Assembly: GCA_963798375.1 (NCBI GenBank)
Contig: CAWCTG010000007.1
Span: forward strand, 7,851-71,850
Direction of reading: 5' to 3'
DNA: 64,000 nt
Source of the DNA: Candidatus Binataceae bacterium
GTDB lineage: Bacteria > Desulfobacterota > Binatia > Binatales > Binataceae
The notes under the pieces are model-generated. The model saw only the letters and a list, made by a program, of their open reading frames with translations. It had not been told where the DNA came from and ran no database searches. Position numbers and translations under genes: made by a program. This document shows positions 44,606-53,211 of the stretch, piece by piece (position 1 is the stretch's first letter; each line of letters starts with the position of its first letter).

Positions 44606-45052
44606 ATGGCAGTGAATTACGATCCGGCGCTGATCAACAAGGTCTTCGAAATCACCGAGCCGGTTGAGGTCAAGGCCGAGAAGATAAAGCGCTACTGCGC
44701 GGCGCTCGGCGAGACCAATCCGATATACACGGACGAGGAGGCGGCGAAAAAAGGCCCGTACGGAGAGATCGTGGCGCCGCCGTCGTTCGCGGTGACGTTC
44801 CGCAACGGGCGGCATTTCTTCGAGAACGTTCCGCGCTTCGGAATGCGCGGCTTTGACGCCGGCAAGGATGTCGAGTTCGTCGCGCCGATCAGGCCGGGCG
44901 ACCAGATAACGCTCAGCTCGCACGTGAAGGAAATCTACGAGAAAACGGGACGGACGGGCACGATGGTGTTCGTCGTAATCCGCTCGACGCTGAAGAACCA
45001 GAACGAAGAAGTGCTGGCCCATATCGACCATCGCTTCATGAACCGCCCCTGA
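44606..45052 (+). CDS. MaoC-like (hotdog-fold) dehydratase, N-terminal-type subunit (start ambiguous: 44558 or 44606)
   Basis: Hotdog fold. Paired with the next MaoC gene, like ChsH1/ChsH2-type hydratase heterodimers. Confidence 0.65.
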   Translation: MAVNYDPALINKVFEITEPVEVKAEKIKRYCAALGETNPIYTDEEAAKKGPYGEIVAPPSFAVTFRNGRHFFENVPRFGMRGFDAGKDVEFVAPIRPGDQITLSSHVKEIYEKTGRTGTMVFVVIRSTLKNQNEEVLAHIDHRFMNRP

Positions 45053-45081
45053 GCGCATCGGGATCGGGAAATCGAAATCAG

Positions 45082-45501
45082 GTGAACAGTTTCGAAGAGA
45101 TCAATATCGGCGACACGCTCGGCCCGCTCGAGCTGTTCGTGAGCAAGGATCAATGCCGCGCCTACGCCAGGACGATGGGCATGGGCGAGGGCGCGGGACG
45201 CTTCACCGACGATGAAGCCGCCAGGAAGGAAGGGCTGCCCGGGATGATCATCCCGGGCAACATGAGCCTCGGACTGCTCTCGAAGCTGGTGACGGATTGG
45301 ATCGGCTCGAGCAGCGCGTGGCTGACGCGGATGAGCACGACCTATCGGGTGCCGGTGCAACCCGATCACACGGTAACGATTCACGGCTTTATCACGAACA
45401 AGAATCCCGAAAATCGCACGGCCGAGATCGACGTCTGGATGGAGAACGAGGAGTCGGAGCGCCTTGTCACCGGGACGGCGACCGTCGAGTTCAGAAAGTA
45501 G
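45082..45501 (+). CDS. MaoC family (R)-specific enoyl-CoA hydratase-like protein
   Basis: GTG start. ...GLPGMIIPGNMSLGLLSKLVTDW... is typical of MaoC dehydratase. Confidence 0.75.
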   Translation: MNSFEEINIGDTLGPLELFVSKDQCRAYARTMGMGEGAGRFTDDEAARKEGLPGMIIPGNMSLGLLSKLVTDWIGSSSAWLTRMSTTYRVPVQPDHTVTIHGFITNKNPENRTAEIDVWMENEESERLVTGTATVEFRK

Positions 45502-45564
45502 CGCCTCGATTCTCGTAAATTGCAGCTTGATTAAGACCGTGAGGCTCAGCGGCTCCGATGGGTT

Positions 45565-46710
45565 TTACACGGCGCGGAGTTCGGTTGAAATATCGCCGCG
45601 GGTGGCCAGGGTCGCGGGTATGAACCCGCTGGCTGCTCCGATCAGGGCGGCAATCATGAAGCTGTAGGCAACCACTCGCGGCGACAGCGTCAGGGCGAGC
45701 GCCAGCGGACCGAGTGCTCCGGAAACATGCGGCAACAGTTCGAATCCCAGGTATGCCAAGCCGCACCCGAGCAGACCGCCGGTCACTCCGACGATCAGGC
45801 CTTCGACGAGGATTCGCGCAACGATGGAGTTGCGCGTGAATCCAATCGCGCGCATCACCGCCATCTCGTGGCGGCGTTCGCGCACCGCCATCGCGGCCGT
45901 ATTGGCGGCAACCAGTGCGATTGTGAAGATCACGATCGCCGCAAGAAATTTTGCGCCGTTAACCAGAAGCGCAAGATTGCCGGCCATCTCGGTCTTGATC
46001 AGCGCGACTTCGGTTTCGGTAGCTGTCTCGTGCGCCGAATTAGCGAACATTTCATCGATTGCCGCGATCACTTCGGACGCCGATTGCGAGCGATCTATTT
46101 TCACCCAGAACAGGTTTGTGGTGCCGGGCCTGCCCAGCAGTTCTTCCATGTAGTCGCGCCTGAAAATAATTCGAGGTCCCGCGGCTTCCTCGTTCAGCAC
46201 GCCCACAATCGTGAGTTGCAGATCGACCGGATACAACGTACCGCGCAGGATGATCGTGTCGCCGACTTTCCAGCCGTAAAGCTTCATCAAGGTGGTTGCG
46301 ACGAGGCCGGCGGTGCGCAGATTTTCGAATTCCTGCTCGGTTTCCGCGCTGATTTCCCAATCGGGAAAGATTTCGCGGATATGATCGTCGTCGGTGGCGA
46401 GGATACCGATCTGCTCGTTCGGATCGCGGTAAGTCCCCATGAAGACGCTGTAGCCGGCCACTGCCTCCACGTGTGGAACTCTTTCGATCTGCCGGCGATA
46501 CGCTTCGGGCAGCATGTAGGAGAAGCCCGCCTTGCTGTGACAGATGAGGCGCAGCGAGTTGGCGCGGTCGCGCAGGACCTGGCTGAGCAGTCCCGGCAGG
46601 CTGATCAGGGACGCGAAGATGAATACCGAGACGGTGATCGACAGCATGGTAAGAATCGTGCGCCGCTTGTTGCGGGTGAGGTTTATGAGCACGAGCGACA
46701 GGTATTTCAT
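45565..46710 (-). CDS. ABC transporter permease, FtsX/LolE/MacB-like
   Basis: TM1, a large periplasmic domain, and a C-terminal 3-TM FtsX domain (...AIGFTRNSIVARILVEGLIVG...). No ATPase gene is adjacent. Confidence 0.8.
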   Translation of the reverse strand: MKYLSLVLINLTRNKRRTILTMLSITVSVFIFASLISLPGLLSQVLRDRANSLRLICHSKAGFSYMLPEAYRRQIERVPHVEAVAGYSVFMGTYRDPNEQIGILATDDDHIREIFPDWEISAETEQEFENLRTAGLVATTLMKLYGWKVGDTIILRGTLYPVDLQLTIVGVLNEEAAGPRIIFRRDYMEELLGRPGTTNLFWVKIDRSQSASEVIAAIDEMFANSAHETATETEVALIKTEMAGNLALLVNGAKFLAAIVIFTIALVAANTAAMAVRERRHEMAVMRAIGFTRNSIVARILVEGLIVGVTGGLLGCGLAYLGFELLPHVSGALGPLALALTLSPRVVAYSFMIAALIGAASGFIPATLATRGDISTELRAV

Positions 46711-46772
46711 GGCGCAGCTGAGCGGTGGAGGGTTACGTCCGCAATCGAGTTTACCCCCAACGCGAAGCTCGG

Positions 46773-47324
46773 CTAGACCAGGATGGAGCCGCGGAACGGC
46801 TCGTCGCGCGGGGGAGGGAACTGGAGCAGGTTGATGGCCCATTTGCGCGCCTGGCGCAGCGCGTCCTCAGCGCGGCGGAAGATTCGCTCGCGATACATCA
46901 CGGACCATACGTACGCATCCACCGACGGCTCCTCGCCGAGCGTGATGTCGAGCATCCAGTCCTCGAGCTGCGGGCCGCAAATCAGCAGGCGCACCACGCG
47001 CCCGTGATCGATTACGATGCCGCGCGCCTCGCGTGGGATGCGAAACTCGTCCTTGACGCGCTTGACGACATTGGGCGGCGCATGCTGCTCGGTCATCGCC
47101 ACGTAGGCCCAATCGCCCTGCGGAGGATTGGCCTCGCGCGCGATGCGCAGGTTGTTGTCGGTCAGGTCTTCCTTGGCGCGATCCTGATCGTAGTCGTGCG
47201 CGACTTGGTAAAAGGCCATCGCGACCGGCAACTGCGGCATCTCAGTTTCGGACTTGGCCCTTTTGGGTTTCTTGAAGCTGGTCTCGACCCACCAGCGGTT
47301 TTCGACGTTGGGCTTTTGCGGCAT
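46773..47324 (-). CDS. hypothetical protein (183 aa), translationally coupled to the upstream SprT-like gene
   Basis: ATG overlaps the stop of the upstream gene by 1 nt. Basic N-terminus. No recognisable family. Confidence 0.5.
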   Translation of the reverse strand: MPQKPNVENRWWVETSFKKPKRAKSETEMPQLPVAMAFYQVAHDYDQDRAKEDLTDNNLRIAREANPPQGDWAYVAMTEQHAPPNVVKRVKDEFRIPREARGIVIDHGRVVRLLICGPQLEDWMLDITLGEEPSVDAYVWSVMYRERIFRRAEDALRQARKWAINLLQFPPPRDEPFRGSILV

Positions 47325-47860
47325 CAGGCGACCCGGCGGGATTTGCGGGCGTCGCTTCGCGCAGAGCGCCTTGATTTTCGTGCGATCGAAATACGCAGGC
47401 GACGCTTGCGGACGCGATTTGCAGCGCGACGCGTGCTCGAGATTCCAACCCGGGTGCGCGAGCGCGATGCACCACGGCGGCCGGGGACTTTAAGCCCGGT
47501 CACCATCCGGCGCGAGAACAGGTCGGCCTTGCGCTCGGCGTCGGACCAGAACAGGAAGTGACCCATCTCGTGGTAGATCATTTGAATCCACCGGCGCTCG
47601 CTGAAATAGACGCGTCCGCGTTTCCAGTTTTCGGGATGCACGAGATGGATGCGGCCGTCTTCGTAGGTGCGGCCGGCGGTCTTGCCCCAATCGATGTACT
47701 CGAACCATTCGATACGCGGGCGGCGCAGTTTGAAGTATCGGCACATCGAGGAAATGGCGCGGTTGAAATGCGCGGCCCGATGGCCGCGGAAAAATTCGGC
47801 GAGGTTGCGATCGATTTCGCGGCGATGAGCGACAGGAGGAACAATCATTCGCACTAGCAA
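47324..47860 (-). CDS. SprT-like (Wss1/Spartan-related) HExxH zinc metalloprotease-domain protein with highly basic C-terminal tail
   Basis: ...IDWGKTAGRTYEDGRIHLV...MIYHEMGHFLFW resembles the SprT-like family. The C-terminal ~60 aa is Arg/Lys-rich. Confidence 0.55.
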   Translation of the reverse strand: MLVRMIVPPVAHRREIDRNLAEFFRGHRAAHFNRAISSMCRYFKLRRPRIEWFEYIDWGKTAGRTYEDGRIHLVHPENWKRGRVYFSERRWIQMIYHEMGHFLFWSDAERKADLFSRRMVTGLKVPGRRGASRSRTRVGISSTRRAANRVRKRRLRISIARKSRRSARSDARKSRRVA

Positions 47861-48017
47861 CCAACCTCCGCTGACAGGTGATAAAAATCATATGGAGGCG
47901 CGTTCGTCAGAGTCAAACCTTTTCCGGAAAGGGCAGTTTTATAATACTGTTTTAATTGCACCAGAAGTCCAGAATCGTCTCTCCGCAGCGGGTTTCGTGC
48001 AGCGTACAGATGGAAAT

Positions 48018-49229
48018 CTAACCCAAGGTGCCGGAGGCTTTCAGACGCGCGATCTCGTCCCACGTCAGCCCCATCTCAAGCGCGACTTCCTCGGTATGCT
48101 GGCCGAGTTCGGGCGCCGCACGATGGGGGATTGTGTCGGCCTCGCCAAACTCGACGGGGCTGTTGACGACGCGGCATCCGGGAATATTCGGATGGTCCAC
48201 GGCCGCGAAAGCGCCGATCGCTTCGGCCTGCGGATCGTCGAGCACTTCGGCGTCGGTGCGCACGGGCGCCCAGACCAGATTGTGGCGATCGAAAATCGGC
48301 GCCCAATCGTCGCAGCTCCTGGCAGCAATCGCGCGATCTATTTCGTCTATCAGCGCGCCGCAGTTTTGCGCGCGCGCGGCTGAATCCTTGAAGCGCGGGT
48401 CGTTCTGCCAATCCGGCTTGCCGAGCGCGAGGCAGAAATCCGGCCAATAGCGATCGCTCTGAATCATCACGAAGTAAATCCATCGCGCGTCGGCGCATCG
48501 ATAGGAACTCCACATCGGATTTATGCGCTCGGTCCGCGACTCGGAGTGTGGCGAGCGGCCGGTCATCAGGCCGATGGTAAGATCCGACGCGTTCATCCAC
48601 AGCCCCATCGAGAACAGTGAGATGTTGACCTCGCGGCCGCGGCCGCTACGCTCGCGTGCGAGCAGGGCGGCTGAGATTGCGCCCGCCAGGCCCAGCCCGA
48701 CGGCGTGATCGATCATCGCGGGCCGCTGCCCGGGCGGCGACTGTCCCGGCTCGGCGATCGTCGCCATCAGGCCCGAGCGCGCCCACGCGGCGGCGTAGTC
48801 GTAGGCAGGGCGGTTGCGATCGGGTCCGCGATGCCCGTAGCCGTTGATCGACGCGTAGATGAGCCGCGGATTTTTCGCGGCCAGGGTTGCGTAGTCGAGT
48901 TTCATGCGCTCGATGGCGTCCAGGCGCAGGCTGGTGACGAAGACGTCGGCGTGTTCGATCAGCTTGAGCGCGAAGGCGTGGCCGTCGGGGCGGCGCAAGT
49001 CAACGGCGACCGAGCGTTTGTTGCGATTGTCGAGTTCAAACGGCGGACGGATGCGCGCGTTGGGATTGCCCATGGTGCGCGTAACGAAGCCGCGAATCGG
49101 GTCTCCGGTAGCCGGGTCTTCGAGCTTGATAACGTCGGCGCCCCAGTCGCCCAGCACCGCGGTGGTGGACGGGCCGGCGACCCACATTGCAACTTCGACG
49201 ACTCTGACGCCCTCGAGCGGACGGTCCAT
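48018..49229 (-). CDS. CoA-transferase family III (CaiB/BaiF)
   Basis: VRVVEVAMWVAGP...DVIKLE N-terminal signature and catalytic Asp region. Confidence 0.85.
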   Translation of the reverse strand: MDRPLEGVRVVEVAMWVAGPSTTAVLGDWGADVIKLEDPATGDPIRGFVTRTMGNPNARIRPPFELDNRNKRSVAVDLRRPDGHAFALKLIEHADVFVTSLRLDAIERMKLDYATLAAKNPRLIYASINGYGHRGPDRNRPAYDYAAAWARSGLMATIAEPGQSPPGQRPAMIDHAVGLGLAGAISAALLARERSGRGREVNISLFSMGLWMNASDLTIGLMTGRSPHSESRTERINPMWSSYRCADARWIYFVMIQSDRYWPDFCLALGKPDWQNDPRFKDSAARAQNCGALIDEIDRAIAARSCDDWAPIFDRHNLVWAPVRTDAEVLDDPQAEAIGAFAAVDHPNIPGCRVVNSPVEFGEADTIPHRAAPELGQHTEEVALEMGLTWDEIARLKASGTLG

Positions 49230-49360
49230 CGCATCGGTCTCCTTGGTTCGGGTGAAGTCGAATTGGTATCAGGAGTCGGCGCAAGAATAAAACCGCGCGC
49301 GGCGTTTTTTTCTTCCCGGCGCGCGGCCTGAATCCGGCGATTGAATCGGAGTGTCAGGCG

Positions 49361-49807
49361 CTAGCGGGCGGGATTAGCGCTGTGCATCCTATGCGGATTG
49401 CGCCGGCGCGCCCGATTAACCGTCAAGCGTTGGATCCGGCTCGCTTCCTTGAGCCGCAGGCGCAGCGGACCGCCGCCGCGGCCGGCGACCAGTTCGGACA
49501 GCCGCCATCGCAAGCCCCGGGCATCCATGCCGAGCGCGTCGCACACGTTGTCAAATGACAACGGTGAAGTGACGCCCTTGGTGAAGATCCAGTTCCAAGC
49601 CTCGTTAAACGAGTTGCGTTTGCGCAGGCTGGTTGACCCGCTGAATTCCTGCACGATGTTGATCGCATCGGCCAGCACCGCCAGCATCAGTCGCTGCTCG
49701 CTGGAGAATGATCGCGCGCCGACCATCTCGAAGAACTGGCTGCGAAGGATAACGTCGGGAAACGGACGCGGATCGACGGCAGCGATTGTGGAGACAACGG
49801 TACTCAT
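49361..49807 (-). CDS. hypothetical protein, possible C-terminal DNA-binding region
   Basis: 148-aa ORF. The C-terminal ...SFDNVCDALGMDARGLRWRLSEL is HTH-like. No confident family. Confidence 0.45.
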   Translation of the reverse strand: MSTVVSTIAAVDPRPFPDVILRSQFFEMVGARSFSSEQRLMLAVLADAINIVQEFSGSTSLRKRNSFNEAWNWIFTKGVTSPLSFDNVCDALGMDARGLRWRLSELVAGRGGGPLRLRLKEASRIQRLTVNRARRRNPHRMHSANPAR

Positions 49808-50279
49808 TGTTCAGCCTCTTCTCCTCCCCCGAGCGAAGAGCTTGAGCATCAAAAATTGGCCGCTAGAAATCGGCGAACCCCAGCAGCATCCCTTATCCGA
49901 CGCCTCATTCCGTCTAATGATAATCGACGAAGAAAGAAACTTAGTGAGAACGCTGACTCATTGCAAGGGAAAAGTCATCGAATAAATTCGTGGCCGCGAG
50001 CCTCGGATTGAACCAAGTTTGCCAGACGATAACGCCGAAATCGGCGAGACGGTATCGCAAACGCGCCCGGGGCGTCGGCGAACGATGCGCTCAAAGGCGC
50101 GCAGCGCCCTTGTTATCGATACGAGCGGACGGTCTGCTATAGTTGAATTGTCAGAGAACGCAAGCGCGGCGCTCGCCGGAAAGCCGGTCGATATCTGGGA
50201 TAATTATTTCGGGGCGCGAGCGCGCCCTGGCAAGGGCGGCGCGCATTCGGCAACATTGGGGACTATTGAATCGGTGGAA

Positions 50280-51440
50280 ATGGATCAGGCACGAAAAGAT
50301 CGGAAGACACGGCAGATAACGATCGGTGGCGCCAAGGTCGGCGGCGATGCGCCCGTGGTGGTGCAATCGATGTGCGCGACGCGAACGATCGACGTCGATC
50401 AAACAGTCGCCCAGGCCCATCAGCTGGCGAACGCAGGCGCGGGAATCGTCCGGATCGCGATGGACAGCGAGAAAGAAATCCCGGCGCTCAAGGAAATCCG
50501 CGCGCAGACCAAGGGAATCGTGCTGTCGGTCGATTTGCAGGAGAACTACAGGATCGCCGGCCGGGTTGCGCCGCACGTTGACAAGATTCGCTACAACCCG
50601 GGCCATCTGCACCATATGGAAAAGTCGAAGACGATCGAGCAGAAGGTGAAATCGCTGGTCGATGTGGCCCGCGACAACAACCTCGCGATTCGCATCGGCG
50701 TGAACTGCGGCTCGGTCGCGCCCGCGTTTCTGGACAAGTATCCGGGCGATCAACTGGCCGCGATCGTCGAGTCGGCGGCGTACCATTGCGACCTGATGGA
50801 CGAGCTCGGCTTCACGCGCTTCGTCGTGTCGCTCAAGGATTCCGATCCCAACAAGGTGATGGACGCGAATCGGCGCTTCTCGAAGCGCCGCCCGGACGTG
50901 CCGATCCATCTTGGCGTCACGGAGGCGGGGTTGCCGCCCGACGGAATCATCAAGACCCGGATAGCATTCGAAAAGCTGCTCGCGCAGGGCATCGGCGATA
51001 CGATCCGCGTCTCGCTCACGCTGCCCAACGAGCGCAAGCACGAGGAAGTGATCGTCGGGCACAAAATTATCCAGGACGTCGCGGCGGGCAGGTTCATCTC
51101 GGTGCCCGATTTCGGCGCCGGGCTCAACATCATCTCGTGCCCGTCGTGCTCGCGGGTCGAGAACGAGAAGTTCGTCGAGCTGGCGCAGCAGGTCAAGGAA
51201 CTCACGACTTACGCCCGGATGCACAAGATCACGATTGCGGTGATGGGATGTCGAGTTAACGGGCCGGGCGAGACCGATGACGCCGATCTTGGGTTATGGT
51301 GCGGTCCGACCACGGTGAATCTCAAGAAGAAAGATAAGAAGATAGGTTATTTCGGCTACGAAGAAGTGCTGCCCAAGCTGCGCGCCGAGCTGGATCGGTT
51401 GATTGCCGAGCGCTCCGCCACTGCTGCCGCTACGAATTAG
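50280..51440 (+). CDS. ispG: 4-hydroxy-3-methylbut-2-en-1-yl diphosphate synthase (flavodoxin), extended form
   Basis: [24 protein letters not shown]-terminal TIM-barrel motif and the C-terminal [12 protein letters not shown]...GCRVNGPGE [4Fe-4S] motif. The ORF is open back to a TTG at 50019. Start chosen at ATG 50280. Confidence 0.85.
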   Translation: MDQARKDRKTRQITIGGAKVGGDAPVVVQSMCATRTIDVDQTVAQAHQLANAGAGIVRIAMDSEKEIPALKEIRAQTKGIVLSVDLQENYRIAGRVAPHVDKIRYNPGHLHHMEKSKTIEQKVKSLVDVARDNNLAIRIGVNCGSVAPAFLDKYPGDQLAAIVESAAYHCDLMDELGFTRFVVSLKDSDPNKVMDANRRFSKRRPDVPIHLGVTEAGLPPDGIIKTRIAFEKLLAQGIGDTIRVSLTLPNERKHEEVIVGHKIIQDVAAGRFISVPDFGAGLNIISCPSCSRVENEKFVELAQQVKELTTYARMHKITIAVMGCRVNGPGETDDADLGLWCGPTTVNLKKKDKKIGYFGYEEVLPKLRAELDRLIAERSATAAATN

Positions 51441-51745
51441 GCGAGACGCGCTTGCGCGCGAGATCCTTCGGCTGTACTCAGCATGACACAAAAAACGCGC
51501 GCGCGGGCTCCTTCTTGATCAATCCCTTCTAACAGGGCGAAGCCCGCATCTTCTCTAACCGTCGGGTGCAGGGGTCGCCCCTGGCCGTTGGCACGGCTGG
51601 CCAGTAATAGGAGACCGCGCGCCCGTGGTTCTTCCATTGCGTAGTCACGAAAAGATGCGCTGCGCAGATTTTCGTGTCTTCTTAATACTGGGTGCAGAGC
51701 CTGTCCTGAGCGAAGCCGAAGGAGGTCACCCCTGCCCAAGGAGGT

Positions 51746-51768
51746 GCGGAACCCAGGGTGGGTTCCGC
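51746..51768 (+). other. stable hairpin GCGGAACCCA-ggg-TGGGTTCCGC at the high-GC/low-GC boundary
   Basis: 10-bp perfect stem. Followed by ATTTAATT and an abrupt fall in GC content. Confidence 0.4.
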
Positions 51769-51812
51769 ATTTAATTAAGTTCTCCCGTCGAACACTCCGG
51801 CGTCCGGCGTTG

Positions 51813-51843
51813 TGCAAAGGGAAGTATGCTGGTGTTGACTACC
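51813..51843. repeat. terminal inverted repeat (left)
   Basis: Reverse-complement match to 54166-54196 (about 29 of 31 positions). Confidence 0.65.
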
Positions 51844-51858
51844 AGCCCGTGAAGTGCG

Positions 51859-52140
51859 ATGATTCCGGCGATGAGGAACCAGACGAACCGCCTACACGTG
51901 CTGTTCGGATTGCTGGTCGATTTGGCGCGTTTGAGCTGCTTCTTTTTTCCGCCGTCTGGCGAACCGCTGCTTCTGGTTGCGGTAGTGGGGACTGGCCTTT
52001 TCCTCGTATCGCTTACACTTGTGGCAGTAGAAGAAGAGAATCTTTTGGGCGTATCCACTGCTCATGTCGCCAGTGTAGCGCGTTGTCAGCGTGCCGAAAA
52101 GCGCAGTACGATGCTCCAAGAGAACAACCCTCATGGCTGA
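51859..52140 (+). CDS. hypothetical small membrane protein (passenger ORF A)
   Basis: Hydrophobic stretch. The stop overlaps the start of the next gene (ATGGCTGA). The antisense 58-aa basic ORF at 51892-52065 is an alternative. Confidence 0.3.
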   Translation: MIPAMRNQTNRLHVLFGLLVDLARLSCFFFPPSGEPLLLVAVVGTGLFLVSLTLVAVEEENLLGVSTAHVASVARCQRAEKRSTMLQENNPHG

Positions 52141-52789
52141 CTCGAAATTTCGTGAATCTCTGCGTGATTTCCTTACGCAATACCCGTTGTGGACTGTGGT
52201 TGATCAGTTCCTCGATTCTAAATGGGGGAAAAGATTTCTCGCTCTTCTTGGGGGTGCTGTGTTGACCGGCATTGGGTGGATAGCTTCTCTCTTTACCGCC
52301 CTGAGCAGCGGTCTGAAATATGGACTTTTCGGTGCATTCGGCGCCTCTCTCTTTGCAGCCTTAGTCATCTATTTGACGAAAGAGAAAGAAATGACCATCA
52401 CAGCTAATACCAATATACATCGGACTATTACGCCTGAACAACGACAACTTTTTGCAGCTATGGTAAAGCGTTTAAGCCTACAAGATAAATCAGTTCATAT
52501 TAAAGGCTCAAAGCATGACGGGGAAATGCAAGATTATTGGCATACACTGGTCGAGCTATTCCGGGCGAACGGTATGGTCACGGGTGGTCAAATCGAAGAT
52601 TCTCCGTCCTATGATCCGCGTGGCTTAGTCCTTGTCGTGCAAGAACCGCAAGTTGATCGTCTCATAGGACATGCGAAAACCATTTTTGAATTGCTCCGCT
52701 CGGCGCAGATTCCTTTTGAGCTTGGCTACGATGGAAGGCCGAGACAGCAAGAAGGTTGGTGTTATTTATATGTAGGTCGTCGAAGCTAG
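52133..52789 (+). CDS. hypothetical protein with two N-terminal TM helices and a C-terminal soluble domain (passenger ORF B)
   Basis: 218-aa ORF in low-GC DNA with atypical codon usage. No recognisable family. Confidence 0.5.
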   Translation: MADSKFRESLRDFLTQYPLWTVVDQFLDSKWGKRFLALLGGAVLTGIGWIASLFTALSSGLKYGLFGAFGASLFAALVIYLTKEKEMTITANTNIHRTITPEQRQLFAAMVKRLSLQDKSVHIKGSKHDGEMQDYWHTLVELFRANGMVTGGQIEDSPSYDPRGLVLVVQEPQVDRLIGHAKTIFELLRSAQIPFELGYDGRPRQQEGWCYLYVGRRS

Positions 52790-53124
52790 TCGCCACGAAA
52801 CACATCACACAAATTTATTTTCTTATGAGCATAGCAATTATGAATCGTCTTTATACACGGCCCAAAGTACGCATCAAGCGCCCCGATACTGAGAAGCATC
52901 TCCGCGCGTTGGTCTTTCGCTCTCGCATAATCACTGATTGCTTGCAGTCGAAGCGGATTGCTACTAAAGTGACCTTCAAGCGCGGATTTCTCAGCGTACA
53001 GGCACAGAGCTTCGATACATATTATATTATCCTTCGTTGTGTCGCAGTCGAGCGCTCGCAAGTCCGGCGGAGCTATCGCTATCGTGCTGACCACTATAAG
53101 AGCCGTAAGCATGAGTCGCTTCAT
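52786..53124 (-). CDS. small secreted cysteine-rich protein (passenger ORF C)
   Basis: Signal peptide. Six Cys in about 90 mature residues. Convergent 4-nt overlap with ORF B. Confidence 0.5.
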   Translation of the reverse strand: MKRLMLTALIVVSTIAIAPPDLRALDCDTTKDNIICIEALCLYAEKSALEGHFSSNPLRLQAISDYARAKDQRAEMLLSIGALDAYFGPCIKTIHNCYAHKKINLCDVFRGD

Positions 53125-53211
53125 AGGTATCCTAAATCCTTGTACGTTTTCTTGTGCGCTGTTCGCTGGCGTCGTTCTCAGATAGCTGAGACATTCGCCA
53201 GTGTTCGTGTC

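Noticed and set aside
51536-51553. Similarity of CGCATCTTCTCTAACCG to the sequence flanking tal-copy B (54658-54672)
   Set aside because: It is only a 15-17-mer and not collinear with other tal-like segments. A match of this length is plausibly chance in 64 kb of biased composition.
51578-51594. Sigma-54 promoter-like TTGGCACGGCTGGCCAG
   Set aside because: The GC of the -12 element is displaced by 1-2 nt relative to TGGCAC-N5-TTGC, and there is no downstream gene in a suitable position.
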